From Macrostomum hystrix (lineage: Eukaryota > Animalia > Platyhelminthes): DNA of 64,000 bases. Where the stretch lies: positions 4,464,001 to 4,528,000 of the forward strand of contig CATNEN010000038.1 in assembly GCA_950097015.1 (NCBI GenBank). Reading direction: 5' to 3'. Below, one piece after another: positions 13,313 through 26,528 of the stretch. Made by a program: the position numbers and the translations under genes. The notes beneath the pieces are model-generated. The model worked only from the letters and a program-made list of their open reading frames with translations, did not search any database and was not told the origin of the DNA. Positions within the stretch are counted from its first letter, which is position 1. Each line of letters starts with the position of its first letter.

Positions 13313-15016
13313 TTCAAAGTACTTATAGAAAGTTATAAGTGGAAGGGAATATAGAGGAGAGATACCGGCCATATTGAAAGTATAACGCTACCATATTGAA
13401 AGTATAACGCTATACCATATTAAATACATAAACGCTACCAATTGAATTTGAAATGAGAAGTACATAAAGCGAATAATTAATGACATTCATAAGATTTACA
13501 AAAGTATAAAAAGCCTACAACAACTTTGGTAACAGCAATAGGATTAAAATTAGCCCGGTAACAACTTTGGTGCCATTGTTAGGATTAATATTGAATAAGA
13601 GGGAAGCACTACGACAATTATATTATATTATATTATATGATATAATATAATATAATATTAATAGTATTATATTATTATATTATTATTATTTATTAATTTC
13701 ATTATTTTTATTAATATTAATATTAATATAAATATTAAAAATACACATTAATACACAGAATTAATAGCCAATAGGCCGGGCCAAGCTGGGGACTAAATAG
13801 CAAAGAAATTAGAAGCGAGAGAAAACCAAACAGACGGAAAGCAAGGCAAGGGAGTTTTTCAGCTTTCCCTTCCGAGTTTATCATTTTGGTTGTCTCTAGT
13901 CTATGGTCGAAAGGGTGAATTTTCTTCTGAGTGCCTGAATCAAGGACTTCTATATAATAGCATCTAATGTTCTCTAGCTGCGAGGTTTACTTAGAGGATA
14001 GTTAAACCCATTGCCATTATCGTTTTGAATGTCTAAATTATCATTTAGATTGTCAAAAGCTAGAATAATGATTTAAAAGAGTCGAAAAAAGTGGATGATG
14101 TTGGAAATTGCATCATTTGATATGAGTAATGACCGATAAACAATGCTACACTTTATAACATGCTTACATAAAAATAGCAGATTTATAGCAAAATTGTTGG
14201 AAAAAATGAAAGTAACGATTAAAAGTAACGACCGTTACTAATTTTTTTGTTACTTAAGTTTTTCGTTTCCAAGTGGCCAGTAACGATCGTGACCATGATT
14301 GCCGTTAATTTTTTTAACGCGCCCAACACTGACTATGGGTTTTCGGTATTTCGACCGATCCCTTGGCACTCTTTTTCTTGGCCCACATGCTGTTTATTTT
14401 ACTTTGACTTCGTGAAATCTCGCCTTTTTGATACTATTTGCGTTAATTATTTAGCAGACCTCTCAGCTCTCTCTATGTATTGGATTTGGGATTTGGTGAG
14501 CTGAGTATTGGGGGGGGATGGTAGCGTAAGTTATGAGGGTGAGAATAGGTATTTTCCACGGTGTTCGGGTTATACCTAAGGTAGCGCTAATGCCCGAGCG
14601 GCAAGACACTAGCTACTAACAATGGGAGCGGAATTTACTGCTGCTGGCACGAGGGCTAAGGTCACTGATCTGGGGCACACAGTCCGTGGGGCGTATCAGG
14701 ATGGATTGAAGTTGCCTTGTGAACGACCTTCGCGCTTTCACTTACTTTCCTCTATGGGGTCCGGGATTAGTACAGTCTCATGAGGGATAAAGGCGGAGTT
14801 TAGGGACTTCAGGGGGGTATTTAGGGAACTTTTAAGTGGACTTCAGATAGACTTCAGGTGGACTTTTGGACGGGATTTTAGGACGGTATATTGGGATTTC
14901 AAAGGGATCATATAATAGGGTGGACTTGGGTAAAGAAGGCCGACGAGAGATCTTTGGGAGAGGATTGGTAAGGCAAAGGTATCTTAACTGTTTTCCTTTT
15001 ATTAGGAAAATAACTC

Positions 15017-16428
15017 TTGACTTACTTGACTTAGCGGCAGGGGGCCTCCATGACGGACGCAGCGAGGAGGCGGCTGGTGCCGCCCATATCGCTAACCCCT
15101 GGCAGCCAGACGGCCTCCAGCGAGGCGGTGCCGCTCAGGGTGGTCCGTCGGTCGGTTCCGCCGCGCGATCTTCCTCGCCATAGGCTGGGAAGAAATCAGC
15201 TCGGCCGGTATCCCGGAGGAAGTGGGCGAGCTGTGGGATGTTCTCGGGCGAGCAGGCTTCGGCAAGAGTCGGTGCCGGCCCGAGGTGCTTTAGCCTAGCC
15301 TGGGTGAAAGCCGGGCAGTGGCAGATGAAATGCTCGGCGTTTTCACGGCCGGAGCAGCAGAAGGGACACGTTTCCTCAGGCACGTGGCCTTGGAGGTAGC
15401 GGTGTCTGGTGAAGCAGCCATGTCCCGAAAGGGCCATGGTGACTGCTCTCAGGTCTCTGCGGTTTAGCCTGAGTAAGGCCTTACGCAGGTTGCTAGAGGG
15501 GGTTGGCACCGCAGCCCTGGACTGGCGACAGTTCAGGGTGCTAGACCACCTCCTCCGGTGCTGGGTCTCCATCCAGTGGTTGATGCTGGAGTTGACAACG
15601 GAGATGGGGATCGGGGATTCCGGGCCCGGGCCCATCAGGGAGCTGGCTGCTCCAGCCTTTGCAAGCTGGTCCGCCATCTCATTCCCTGTGAGCCCGGCGT
15701 GCCCAGGGATCCACATCAGCTCCACCTTGTTAGACTGCGCCAAACCGTTTAACTGGGTGTTGCAGTCCAAGGTGGTTCTGGAGCGAGAGGTGCAGCGACT
15801 GAGGGCCTTGAGGGCTGCTTGACTGTCGGAGTGAAAGAAGATCCTCCGACCAGCCAGCTGCCTCTGGCGCAGCTCAGCCGCACAGAAACTGATGGCGAGC
15901 ATTTCGTTTTGGAAAACGCTTGAGCTCTTGCCACAGTGTTGGGAGTGGGTCCAGAGGACCTCGCCACCCGAGGCGACGCACACCCCGAATCCCGATTTAC
16001 CGTTCATCAGGGAGCCGTCAGTGTAACAATGGACTGCGGGGTCATCCCAGCAGTCCTTTACCTCATTGCGAGGGAAGATGCTGACTTTGTACCTGTGGCT
16101 CCGGAGTAAAGTAGCCGGGGCCCCGTCCGAAAGGATGGTGAGCCCTCCGCACTCGCCCAGAGTTTTCAGGCAGAGGTCAGAGTGGGGCAGAAGGGAGCGC
16201 TTCGAGAAGGCTCGCGAATTCTGGAAGGATACACCCGCATCAAGGAGACGACGGGTGGACTTTGCCGCTTCCCCCTTAACAAAAATGTCAATGGGTGTAG
16301 CGTTGAGGAAAGCGTTCATGCCTTCAAAGGGAGTGGAGGGTGGGGCGCCCAGCGTCATACGACAGGCTCTGCCCTGCACCCTATATAGCGCCTCCAGGTT
16401 TTTCTGGATGCTCATGGCACTGGCCCAG
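15017..16428 (-). mobile_element. 5'-truncated non-LTR retrotransposon (I/R1-Loa-like group) with RNase H and C-terminal CCHC, flanked by a 12-bp TSD
   Basis: The TSD GGAAAATAACTC is at 15005-15016 and 16429-16440. The 3' end is a short TAAGTCAAG-type tandem tail. The ORF is open up to the truncation point. Confidence 0.92.
15135..16415 (-). CDS. C-terminal part of LINE ORF2: RNase H plus zinc knuckle (RT and endonuclease lost by truncation)
   Basis: RNase H motifs [23 protein letters not shown] and [19 protein letters not shown], followed by the knuckle [18 protein letters not shown]. Confidence 0.88.
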   Translation of the reverse strand: MSIQKNLEALYRVQGRACRMTLGAPPSTPFEGMNAFLNATPIDIFVKGEAAKSTRRLLDAGVSFQNSRAFSKRSLLPHSDLCLKTLGECGGLTILSDGAPATLLRSHRYKVSIFPRNEVKDCWDDPAVHCYTDGSLMNGKSGFGVCVASGGEVLWTHSQHCGKSSSVFQNEMLAISFCAAELRQRQLAGRRIFFHSDSQAALKALSRCTSRSRTTLDCNTQLNGLAQSNKVELMWIPGHAGLTGNEMADQLAKAGAASSLMGPGPESPIPISVVNSSINHWMETQHRRRWSSTLNCRQSRAAVPTPSSNLRKALLRLNRRDLRAVTMALSGHGCFTRHRYLQGHVPEETCPFCCSGRENAEHFICHCPAFTQARLKHLGPAPTLAEACSPENIPQLAHFLRDTGRADFFPAYGEEDRAAEPTDGPP

Positions 16429-17384
16429 GGAAAATAACTCAGAAACTCGGTCTATTTAATAGCGAAACAGGAAAAGAGTTAGGAAGTTTTACTCGCTTAT
16501 ATTTCGTCGAGAACTAATGTTATTGGTATGACTGGGGAGCGAGGGAGCAGGTTGAACAGGTAGAGGACGGTTGAGCAAGGTGAGCAAGGTAAAGATCGAA
16601 TTTATATATTTCTCTATATATATACAAAGAAATTGGGGTGGGTGCATGTTTCCACTTGAGAGCAATATTACGAACAAAGAGCACTGCGTGAAATAACGAA
16701 ATTTAGCTAGCGCGTGAGGAAAAGTGGCGGGAATTTAAAATGATAAAATCCTAATTTATACACTGCCTCAATTATCAACCACTTTACGAGAGTCCATGAG
16801 GAATGGGCACTATCACACTAAACTGTAATACTTTAACAAATTTTCACAAAAAATGTAATAAAAAACAAAGGCGCATACACGAAAGTGTTTTGTTTACTGA
16901 CGTCAAGTGTGGTGGTTGATAGGGAATCCGTTTTTGTTTCAAGCCAATCGCCGAAGTATAATACGCTCGCTTGTCTAATAGTGCATTGCCCTTTAAACAA
17001 AAGATATATTTATGTTCAGGAAGCATAATGTAGAGCTACATGGCTAATGGAGTGCTGTACTTTTACTAGTATTAGACATTGTAGGCGTTCATCATTCTCA
17101 AGCTGAGTTTGACTTTTTAATTCCCAAAGATGGCTGTGGTTGAGTTCGCTCTCAACTTTGCGCGTCTTACTCTAAGATTGCGTAGGCGTTTCACACAGAG
17201 TTTAGGCTTGAAGTTCGCTGTCTCAGTGAAACTCTGCAGCGAGGTGGAGATATTACCCGAAATTTCTGCGTGGGTGGCCCAGCGATTCGCTGATAGTTTG
17301 TTGCCAGAAGCTTTCGTCATCAGCTTGCGCCAGTAGTGCGTGATCAAAGCGCTTACACCGAGGATTTGACACCTCGAAAACTTC

Positions 17385-17392
17385 TATATAAA
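17385..17392 (+). promoter_or_regulatory. TATA box of the cysteine-rich peptide gene
   Basis: TATATAAA lies ~100 bp upstream of ATG 17492. AATAAA lies downstream at ~18098 and ~18121. Confidence 0.55.
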
Positions 17393-17491
17393 CTGCAGGG
17401 GTCAGCAACGAACTTCCCAAGCCAACAGGTCGCTTGTTTCTCTGAGCAGCACAGCTAGTCTTCGCGATTCGTCAAGCTCAAGAGCCTAGTC

Positions 17492-17894
17492 ATGTCTGTC
17501 TGCAGGGCTGCTATGATCATCTTCCTGCTAGGCTGCATGGTGTCCATCGGCCTGGCGGCCAGCACTGCCCGCCTGCTGGAGCTGCCACTGGGCTCCGGCG
17601 AGAGAGACAAGCGAATTCGCATGGACAGTAAGCGCGCTCTGTTGAATGGATTTCCGATTTCTTGAGCACTTCTTGAGCACTTCTTGAGCACTTAATCGAT
17701 AATCGAGTCATAATCACGGTGTTAATCCTCCTGTTAATCCTATTCCAAACACTGCAGCTCACCAGGCCTTTGTGCCGTTCTGCACTTACCGCTGCGAGGT
17801 GTACTACGGACGGTCGAACCAGTGCGTCGGCTACTTCAATCCGAAGGCGAACGTCTGCCTGTGCGTCTGCGCTCGCACACTGGGCGGCCGCTGA
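17492..17894 (+). CDS. Secreted six-cysteine prepropeptide (defensin/toxin/neuropeptide-like), 90 aa
   Basis: Exons 17492-17627 and 17758-17894 join in phase 1 (A|gtaagc..ctgcag|CT). Protein: MSVCRAAMIIFLLGCMVSIGLAASTARLLELPLGSGERDKR-IRMDTHQAFVPFCTYRCEVYYGRSNQCVGYFNPKANVCLCVCARTLGGR*. It has a signal peptide, a dibasic KR site and GC3-rich codons like the neighbouring genes. Confidence 0.85.
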
Positions 17895-20732
17895 GGCCAA
17901 CTCTGAAGTGGTCGCATTACAGCGGAGCTTAACTTTGCACTGCGCACTCTACATAAGAGTACAAAATAGTGAAAAAAGTGAAAACTAGCATGTATATTAA
18001 CTACCACCTTGTCTATCAGATTACCACCTATACACTGGTTGTATTCAAACAATTTTCTAAGCTTTCCAAAAATACCAAAGTGCACCGCGATTAATGAAAT
18101 AAATTAATTCGTGTTTTGTTAATAAATATAAAGTAGTTAAAAAAACTGGCGCATTTTCAAGCATATGCTAAAAAAGGCACAGCATTTCTCACAAAAGTGT
18201 TGCATTTGTTTGACTTTCTGTTCTCAACCAAATTAAATGAATAAGTAATTGAATTTTTTAAGTGAAACAAATTTCTGATGCACAATTATACACATGGAAA
18301 ATGGGTTATTATATGTTGCGGCTTAGCTAAATATTATAATTTATATTAATATTACTTTGATATCAGGACAGCTGCTGTCATCTCTACAATATACGTAACT
18401 TTTAAGTGGTCCTGTTACTTCTCTATTGTCTTGCATTATTAAGTACCGATCGCTTTGTCTTTCAGGTGTAAGATCGACATTTAAAGTTTGATATTGGTTT
18501 CAAGGTGATTTCTCTCCCTAAATATTATCTATTGTGGGGCTATGCAATGTCGAATCGAATTTAAAAAGAAAATGGGGTTGGTTTTCTACGTCCGTTCTGC
18601 ACCTTCATGGGCATATTCAGTTTTCATACTGGTTCTGGTTCAAAGTTTGCTATAGGTCTCTTAATTGCCTTTGAAATACTTTCTCCTTTACAGTCTTTCA
18701 TAGCCTTTCTGTTAATTTTCGCATTTTGCTCACTTCCCTGTAAGCAGGGTCATGCAAATTTCCATTTTCCAGATGATGGAGTCTGCTCGATATGGTAGGG
18801 AGCCCATGGTACTGAATATTGTGAAGTAGGGGCAGCTTTCCTATTTCTGATATATACTACTTACATAAGTAGGTACGATTGTAACTAACGGCCACATGTT
18901 AATAAGTAATTTATATTTATGCATGACGCAAGCACTGAAACAAAAAATTCCTTACCTTCCTCGATCGTATTTAGCTTCATCCGAACCTATCCAGTTTAGG
19001 CAGGTAAATCGAAAATCCAGACCGTCGGCACAATTGAGGTCATTTCTCTTAGCCTACTCAACTGCACAATTTTTCTATTAGAAGCAACTTTGCTTCTATA
19101 ATAACTTTGCATCGAAAATTTGAATCTATTAATTTAAATTTAAACTTTTAAATTCGATGCAGAATTAGCTACCGGTACCGAACTCGAACATTAACGCTTC
19201 CTCGATGACGTTTCGCGGGAATTTGGCATGGAAATTACTTAGGAAGTTTGCTACAAAAGCAAAACTTTGTTTCATTAAGTGAAACCTTTGTTTCAATCGT
19301 GCCCGCACCAACTCACCAGGTCAAAACAAATCTTTCTTTTTTACTTAGAATTGGTCAAAATGAGCCAAAATTACCTGCCTATGCACTCTTTATTGTGTGT
19401 ACTTTCTGTATATTTATTTTTGTAGCAGTTTTAAAGAAGTTAAGTGGACATTGCAAAGTCAATGAATAATAAGTTAAGCTTGACATTTTAAGCAAGTAAG
19501 ATATTTATAAATTTGCTCAGTATGATTCCCAGCTATTTGTGCTGAGCCATCTCCAGGCACTACTCAACTAAGCTCGAAAAGTTGCAAGCTGCGATTCACA
19601 GTGAGTGACGGGACCAGACACGTAGCAGCAAATGAGAGGTGCCATGAGACCAATAGAGCCATGCGCGAGAATGCAGCTTGTGAAAGCAGACAGCAAAAGT
19701 GTGCGGGAGAAATACGAGCCACTTCAGTTAACCCACTAGAGTATAGGAGGCCATGGCTGTGGCTGCCCCCCAACCCACAAGCAAGCCAATGCAAGCTGCA
19801 GTGAGCAGCTACGGGATAGCACTCTGTTTGCTTACACTACTATGACTTTAGCGCTGTTGAAAATTCTGAATGTACGTTGAAGGCCGCCAAGAATAACTCA
19901 GGTAAAAACTAAGTTATGCAAACCAGAGTACTAGTAGACAAATATGTCCTACCGGCGCATTGCCAAGTGGACATTTCAATGTCGAACAAGCCAAGCGACA
20001 AGATGAAAAGTATTTATTTAACCGAATCAAGAGTTTTAATTGTATTTACTCTACAAATTAAAGCAATCACGAACGATATTAGGTCAACTTTCAACCCTAA
20101 CTGATCGGCGAAAGATGAAAACCGTATTTGACAACAAAAGCACAGTGATGTAAAACAATATTGATTCATGCATTTTTCAGGGAGCATTGAAAAGCAGAAA
20201 ATAGTTAAATTGTTCGATTATCTGTTATATTTAGAAAGCTCGACATGTAACTTGTGCACCTAAATGTGTGCCAAAACTGTGAGTTTAGGCTAATGCATGA
20301 TTCAATAACACAATCGTGGTACAAGTATACAAATCAGATTTATTTTGAGCCAAAGTTTGGGTGTTGTCGGAAGGCTATAGGCAAAATATGAGCTATATAA
20401 ATAAATGCTAAATAAAGCATGTACTACGAATGAATTGTTATTCAGAAAGCAACTTCTATAAATAATTATCAATGCAAAGTAGCTATGACTATGACGACTG
20501 AAGCGTGTTTGGGATTGTACACCAAAACGAGTAACCTTTGGAGCTTATTTTTATATGATGCTATCATGTTCATTCTATTGATTTTAGAATCAATAGTAGT
20601 GATCTCGGGATCATTTTCAATTAAACCTGAAACTAGCTATTACCAGCCTGATTTGAAATAAGAGCTGTCGATTTTTGGTGCAATCTGCTAGAAGTGCAAC
20701 CGGGCCAGAGTGAGTGAGTGAGTCCGGGTGAG

Positions 20733-23700
20733 TCATAGCTGCGTACCAAACGTATCGAGCAGCCTGGAATCTGCAACCGCACCATCGCGGCAGCAGTCAC
20801 CGCAGTCGCAGACATTTCTTCCTTCCAAATCAGCGCTGTCGACGTAGTTTCCGCTGGCCGCTTCCACCGCGTCATCATCATCGTCTTCTTCAGCTTCGCT
20901 ATCGTCGTCGATGAGTCGCCCTATCGCCTCCTCGGGATCAAATTCGGCCCGGCGCAGCTGGGTGAGCCGGCGCTGCTCGATGTCGTCTGGCCGGCCGCTG
21001 AGGTCCAGTTGGGTGTGAAAAGCGCTCGGATCATAGGCTCTGGACCGAACCAGGTCGATGTTCAGGCGGCCCTTAAAGAAAGGCGACTGGGACAGCGCCG
21101 ACAGCGAGATGATTCGTCTAGCTGGCGACTTCTTCAGCAGGCGCTCGATGGTGAAGCGGCACTCCCAGCTGAGGTCGGCCGGAGCCTCGAAGCTGTGCTG
21201 GCGCACCAGCTGGCGCATCTGCCGACACGTGTGCGCTGCGTGAAGCGGAAACTGCGCAGGGAACAACAGGGTGGTGCAAAACAATGCAACCAGCTGCAGA
21301 CATTGCTTCATACCTAATGCAATCCTCACCTTTCCAGTAACCAGAGCATAGAACAGAATGCCCAGGGACCACCAGTCGACGCTGTGATTGTAGGGCTGTC
21401 CACAGAGCATCTCCGGGGCTGAAATGGGAGTTCAATCACTGCATTTTTACAGGCACGGTCAGTGCTTAGAGTTGTGAGTTGTGCGCAAAATTTATATTTT
21501 TCGTTTGAGTTTCACGTTCACGCTGCGACCTAGTGGGAATATGCTAATCTAGTGACCCAAATTAAAAAACACAGTGCCCATTGGCATGATGCCAAGTCTC
21601 CGAATAGTTTGCAGTGTAAATTGAAATCAGTCAGTTGGAACGCGATCAGTTTGGTAGCTGGAAAGTGCGCTGTTGTAACTGCAGGATTCCCAGGGTCTTA
21701 GTTTACTAGACTGCACAATAATTGCTGTCATGAATTTTAAATTAGTTATAATTCAGCAAGATTTGGCACGCTGCCATGGATCAACTCTCGATGCGACGGC
21801 GGTGAAATCTGCCAATAAGAACTGCCATCTAAAGTTAAAACAACTTTCGTACTAGAATTTTCGGTCTGTTTACAAGCACCTTCTGCGATGAGCAAACTCA
21901 GGCATTTTTTCTGAGTTTAGTCTCAGCCTGAGTCCCAGAGTTTAATGCGTGGCTGAGCCATTCATCAGCTAACGGCTCCGTGTAGCTAGCTCCACAGTTT
22001 TTTCGAGATCAAACCAGGTGAATGCGCATAATTTTCTGTCCAGTAAAAGAATAACCGACCACATTATTGCGACGAAACAGCTAAGGAAAACGCTTAGAAG
22101 TTTTCAGCTTTCAGTTCAGTTTTCAGTTTTCAGTGTTGGTGTCTGTCTTTAAATTGGTACGCTTTTTGCAAAATTTATTGAAGAATTTAATATTTAGCGC
22201 AATAAATTTGGCGTGTAGACAAAATTAACTTGTCTGTTGAAAACTACGAGCCACAAGCGTCCCTCGCGCACTCAACGCTCACCTGAGTAAGCCAGAGTGC
22301 CGCACATTGTCCTAGCCAGTTGGCCCCTCCGGAGCCACTTGCTCAGCCCAAAGTCGATTAGCACCAGATGTCCGTTGGCGTCCATGACGACATTCTCGAG
22401 CTTCAGGTCGCGGAAGACGACCCCGCCCTCGTGCAGAAAGTCGATAGCGCAGGCCAACTCAGCCACGTACAGCCGGGCCAACGACTCCGAGAACTTGCCG
22501 TGCAGCTTCCACAGGGCGAACAGCTCACCATTGGGAAAGTACTCCAGAAGCAAGTACAGCCGCTTTCGTGTCTGCCAGTGGCTCAGCAGGCAGGCAAAGA
22601 AACTGCTTCGCTTAGCTGTCAGTGCGGACTGGATGCTCACCTCCTGCTTCGCCTGCGGCACCACCGCGTGTCCGCTGTGGACTAGGCGGGCCTTGTCAAT
22701 GACCTGTCAATTGTGGAATAAGTGCTATATATTTTGGTAAAGATGTAAAATTATATCTTTTTCGACATTAAAAAGCGTATGCATTGTGCTTGTGCACTTT
22801 TGTGAAGCCTAAGCCAAGACCCAAAGACACTTTTTTCTGATTCGACAGAGTCGCTGAGTTAGTTGCACTTTGACAGTGTGATAAATCAAAGCCAGACTTA
22901 ATAGCCAGATTTAATTAGGCCATTTTCTACCCGAGTTTCTTTAAAAGGTTGTCCACTGCAGCACAGATGAAAGCTACACTAATGGCTGTCGGCTACACTT
23001 AGAAATTCAGCTAATAAAGATTGCACCCTGGAAAATACTGCTTACTTTTAACTCTTTGGCAACAGAAAAGTTAAATATAATGCGATGCTAACTTAAGTCC
23101 GATAAAAGTTAAAGCTTTTTTGAGACAGAAGACACGACAATAGAGCAGCAACAATGAAAGGTCTAGCCAGTGCAGCTAGGGTAGCTTTCACGATTCCCGC
23201 TCATGCTTATGTCTCACCTGCCCACTTGCTCTCAAAAGCTTCATATATTTTACCCTCTAATCTGTAGGAACTCGCTCTGGCAGGTTTTCTATTTATAATC
23301 GTAAAACGATACGCCACCAGAAAACACCAAGCCGAAGAATGCACTTTTGACTTCGAAGGTGGACAGATATTTATGGATAATAGTTAATGAAAAAAGCGAA
23401 AGGGTTTTTCTACGAAATTAAAGCTGCTTAAACAAGAGAAACACTGAAGAGGAACACAGAGGAATATAAGACTTCTTATATGATTTCTAAGCTTTAAAAT
23501 GGTGCAATCTAAAAGTGCACACCGAACGATTATGCAGGTAAAATGTCTTACCTTGAGCGCGTAGACCTTCTTGTCATCTTCGCGTCTCACTTTGAGCACA
23601 TTGCCGAACGATCCGGCGGCGATGACGTCCAGAACCTCGAAGCCGTCGAGCTCCTGCGGTCCACCGCAGCGCACTGGAAAGTCTGGCAGAAACAGCGACT

Positions 23701-24049
23701 CGATGTTCGGCACCGGCCACTTGGCCTTGGAGGCGCCGAATTTGCTGAACAGAGTCGACCGACGGATTCGCTTGCGACTCTCGCGGTTCCACTTCTTGAC
23801 GACGCACCTTTGCGCCTCCGAGGACGCGTCACGCTGACCGGAGAGGGTCGCTGCGGTGGAGCTGACCGCGCCTTTCTGCTGGTGCTGGGTGAGGTGCAGC
23901 GCCTTCTGATAATCCTTGGTCGCCGCAGTGACGCTCAGCCTCGATGCCCACCGGCGCAGGTGACGGAAGGAGGACTCGCGACCGTGGAAAGATGCGCCGT
24001 TTGAGTTCGTTGCAATCGAAGCAATTTCCTGGGCTTGAGAGTTTCCCAT
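20733..24049 (-). CDS. RSKR: Ribosomal protein S6 kinase-related AGC kinase (RSKR/SGK494), 508 aa
   Basis: Exons 24049-23552, 22703-22283, 21418-21330 and 21251-20733 are in phase. Kinase motifs: AGSFG, YALK, FRDLKLEN, DFG, CGTLAYSAPE and DWWSLG. The family-typical pre-kinase motif WPVPNIESLFLPDFPVR is present. The MGNSQA start suggests myristoylation. Confidence 0.9.
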
Positions 24050-26528
24050 CGAGAATCTGAATTTTTCGGAAAATCTTTAGTGATACGATTTTCGGAGACT
24101 TAAACTCTTTTCACAATAGAGAATATCACAATTCTAAATAAATATACGTTTATAAATGCATGTTGGTACCTAAGTATATTTAATAAAAAACGTAGATCAG
24201 TAAACAAAAAATATATATAAATTGAAGGTTTTTGAGAATCTGAATTATTTGTAATACTAAATTAAAAATAACAATTTATGAACATAATTGTCTACACTCT
24301 ATTATTATTCTTATTTTAATTATTGATTTCGTGACATTTTTTGATGATTTGACCGTCTTTTCAAGGGACAACAGTAAGTCAGTTTTTGGTATAGTAATAT
24401 GTACAATTGCTGAGAATCCATTCAGACAAATTTATTTTGAATCTAAAAAAGACCGATCATTTAAAAAGAAAGACAGCTCAAATTCAAGTTCTTACCTGGA
24501 ATTTCGTGATTACTTGCTGTTCACATACAATGGTGCTCGAGCAAGCCACAAAATTTCAGTTTTGTTAATTGTTTTATTTTCCGCCTCGACAGCGGTCAAC
24601 CTTAGTAGTTTTAAATGTGCACTTTTAGTTACTGCGCTTCATTATGTTTTCATTACAAAATCAATTAGACTGCCTGCATTTTAAATATAAAAAATATTAT
24701 CATAAAAAGGCAGCTAAAGCAATTTCTATTATTATTACAAACTGTCACTATATGCTTTGTTTAAAACGTGCTCCTAAAATATTAAAAATTAAATTGCAAG
24801 TAATTTGAAGCCGCTCAAATTAAAGGAACGTTCTTATCAAACGTGAGGCCCCTGAATACTGTTTTCTTGTTTTATCTGTTTTATTACCCCTAAGCGAAAA
24901 CATTTTTCTACGAAATTCAACTGTTTAATTTAATACATTATAGTGCATTCGTGTTGTTGCATTCATTTTAATACGATGAGTCATATAGTGTTACTCGCAT
25001 TACAAAAAATACACAATGTACAGTAATGACTAAGCTGAAAAGGATTGTATCTAGAATCTGTTTCAGATACAACGATCTGTTTTTAATGGATTCAGCATGG
25101 GTAAATAATGAGTAATCCTCACTTAACAGCTAGTAGAAAATAAAAAGCTGAGATATTTTACAGGCTTAGTGTTTTCGAAATTGCCATTGAGACCTGTTTA
25201 TTCGATTATACTCAGTTTGTTTTTAAGCTTGGTCCGAAATTACTACGATGACATATCAGGGTCATTTGGTGCTTATATATATCCTACTTAGCGCATTGGT
25301 CCTATAGTAAAAAGTGCACTACATCTGCTTCTCTGTGTAATGTAACTGTACGCATAAATATCTATCGCTGCATGGCTTCAACTTAGCAGATGACAATGCG
25401 ATTTTAATGTGATGATCCACAATATTATACTGTCTATAGCTTTCTTTGCTGCAATGCAACAATTAAAATGTTTACACGAGTATTGCATCAGGTTGCACCA
25501 TTTAAGCAAATAATGCAGTCCTCTCATCTGCAAGCCACATGTGCATGCGATTCCAATTAAACGGATCCTGACGTAAATTCTTTAATTATTTTTATTGTGT
25601 AAAACGCAATTCAATTTAAGACTGGAATTTCTAGCCAAAACTGCAAGTTGAACAAGCAGGTCACATGACTTTTAGGACATATCGCTTATTATATTTTTGT
25701 ATAAATATGTGGGTACATACATTTTCACCCGATTACTAGTTAAATTATAAGAAATCTAAAGCTTACAAAAACGGATTATTATTGTAATAAATATTAATGC
25801 AACTATCGATTATGGTAAACCTCTCGGCACATCTATGCGGCACTGACTTCTTAATTTGTTAATTTATCATATTTAACTAAAGGTCGATCAAATTTTGAAC
25901 CAAACAGATTAAAATTTGTAGCTGGTCCCATATATCCGCCAGAGTTGGCTCGACTGGATCGATTTGCTACTTTAGAGTCGTTTCGTTCGAGGATTAATCT
26001 CGGGCTCCATTCCAAGGCTCGTTGCCATCCGCCTTGCGAAATCGACTCTTTTGAAGCACTGAAGGGTGTGATTAACGGAGCATACGTTTTCCTAACTCTC
26101 GCACCAATGTTGCTGTGCGTGCAGCTCCGTGCAAAGTCTAATACTGTACATAAAAATATTTAGGACTCAACAATGTGCCCCATGATGGGGCCTAAAATGT
26201 TTGCTTGGGCAAAACTCGGCGGTTCGACTGCTACGAAAAGAGCCATAGAATTACTTTAGAAGAATCAAGTAATTGTGCGCTAACATTTTACATTGGTGCA
26301 CGAGGACTTTACTAGTCTTTTTCAAATTCGTCCATCTTGGCTAAAACGCTTCGTGTGTCTATAGTCTAGCAGGCTTTTGCACATAGACTATAGCATAGCG
26401 CTGTGCCCGTTACAGTATCGGGGATTTAAAGAGAAAAGTTTAGGACAACTGAGCCACAGCAGCCAAGTGTGTAAGTCAAATCTAATTGTTAGAGCTGAGC
26501 AAAACAAACACTGGAACTAAGCCACAAG

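Noticed and set aside
13048-13372. ORFs with SLSVFISLYP repeats
   Set aside because: They are translations of the 10-bp tandem repeat.
17455-17988. ORF-track ORFs 17455-17691(-), 17517-17900(-) and 17719-17988(+)
   Set aside because: They are shadow frames of the spliced cysteine-rich peptide gene, which uses different frames.
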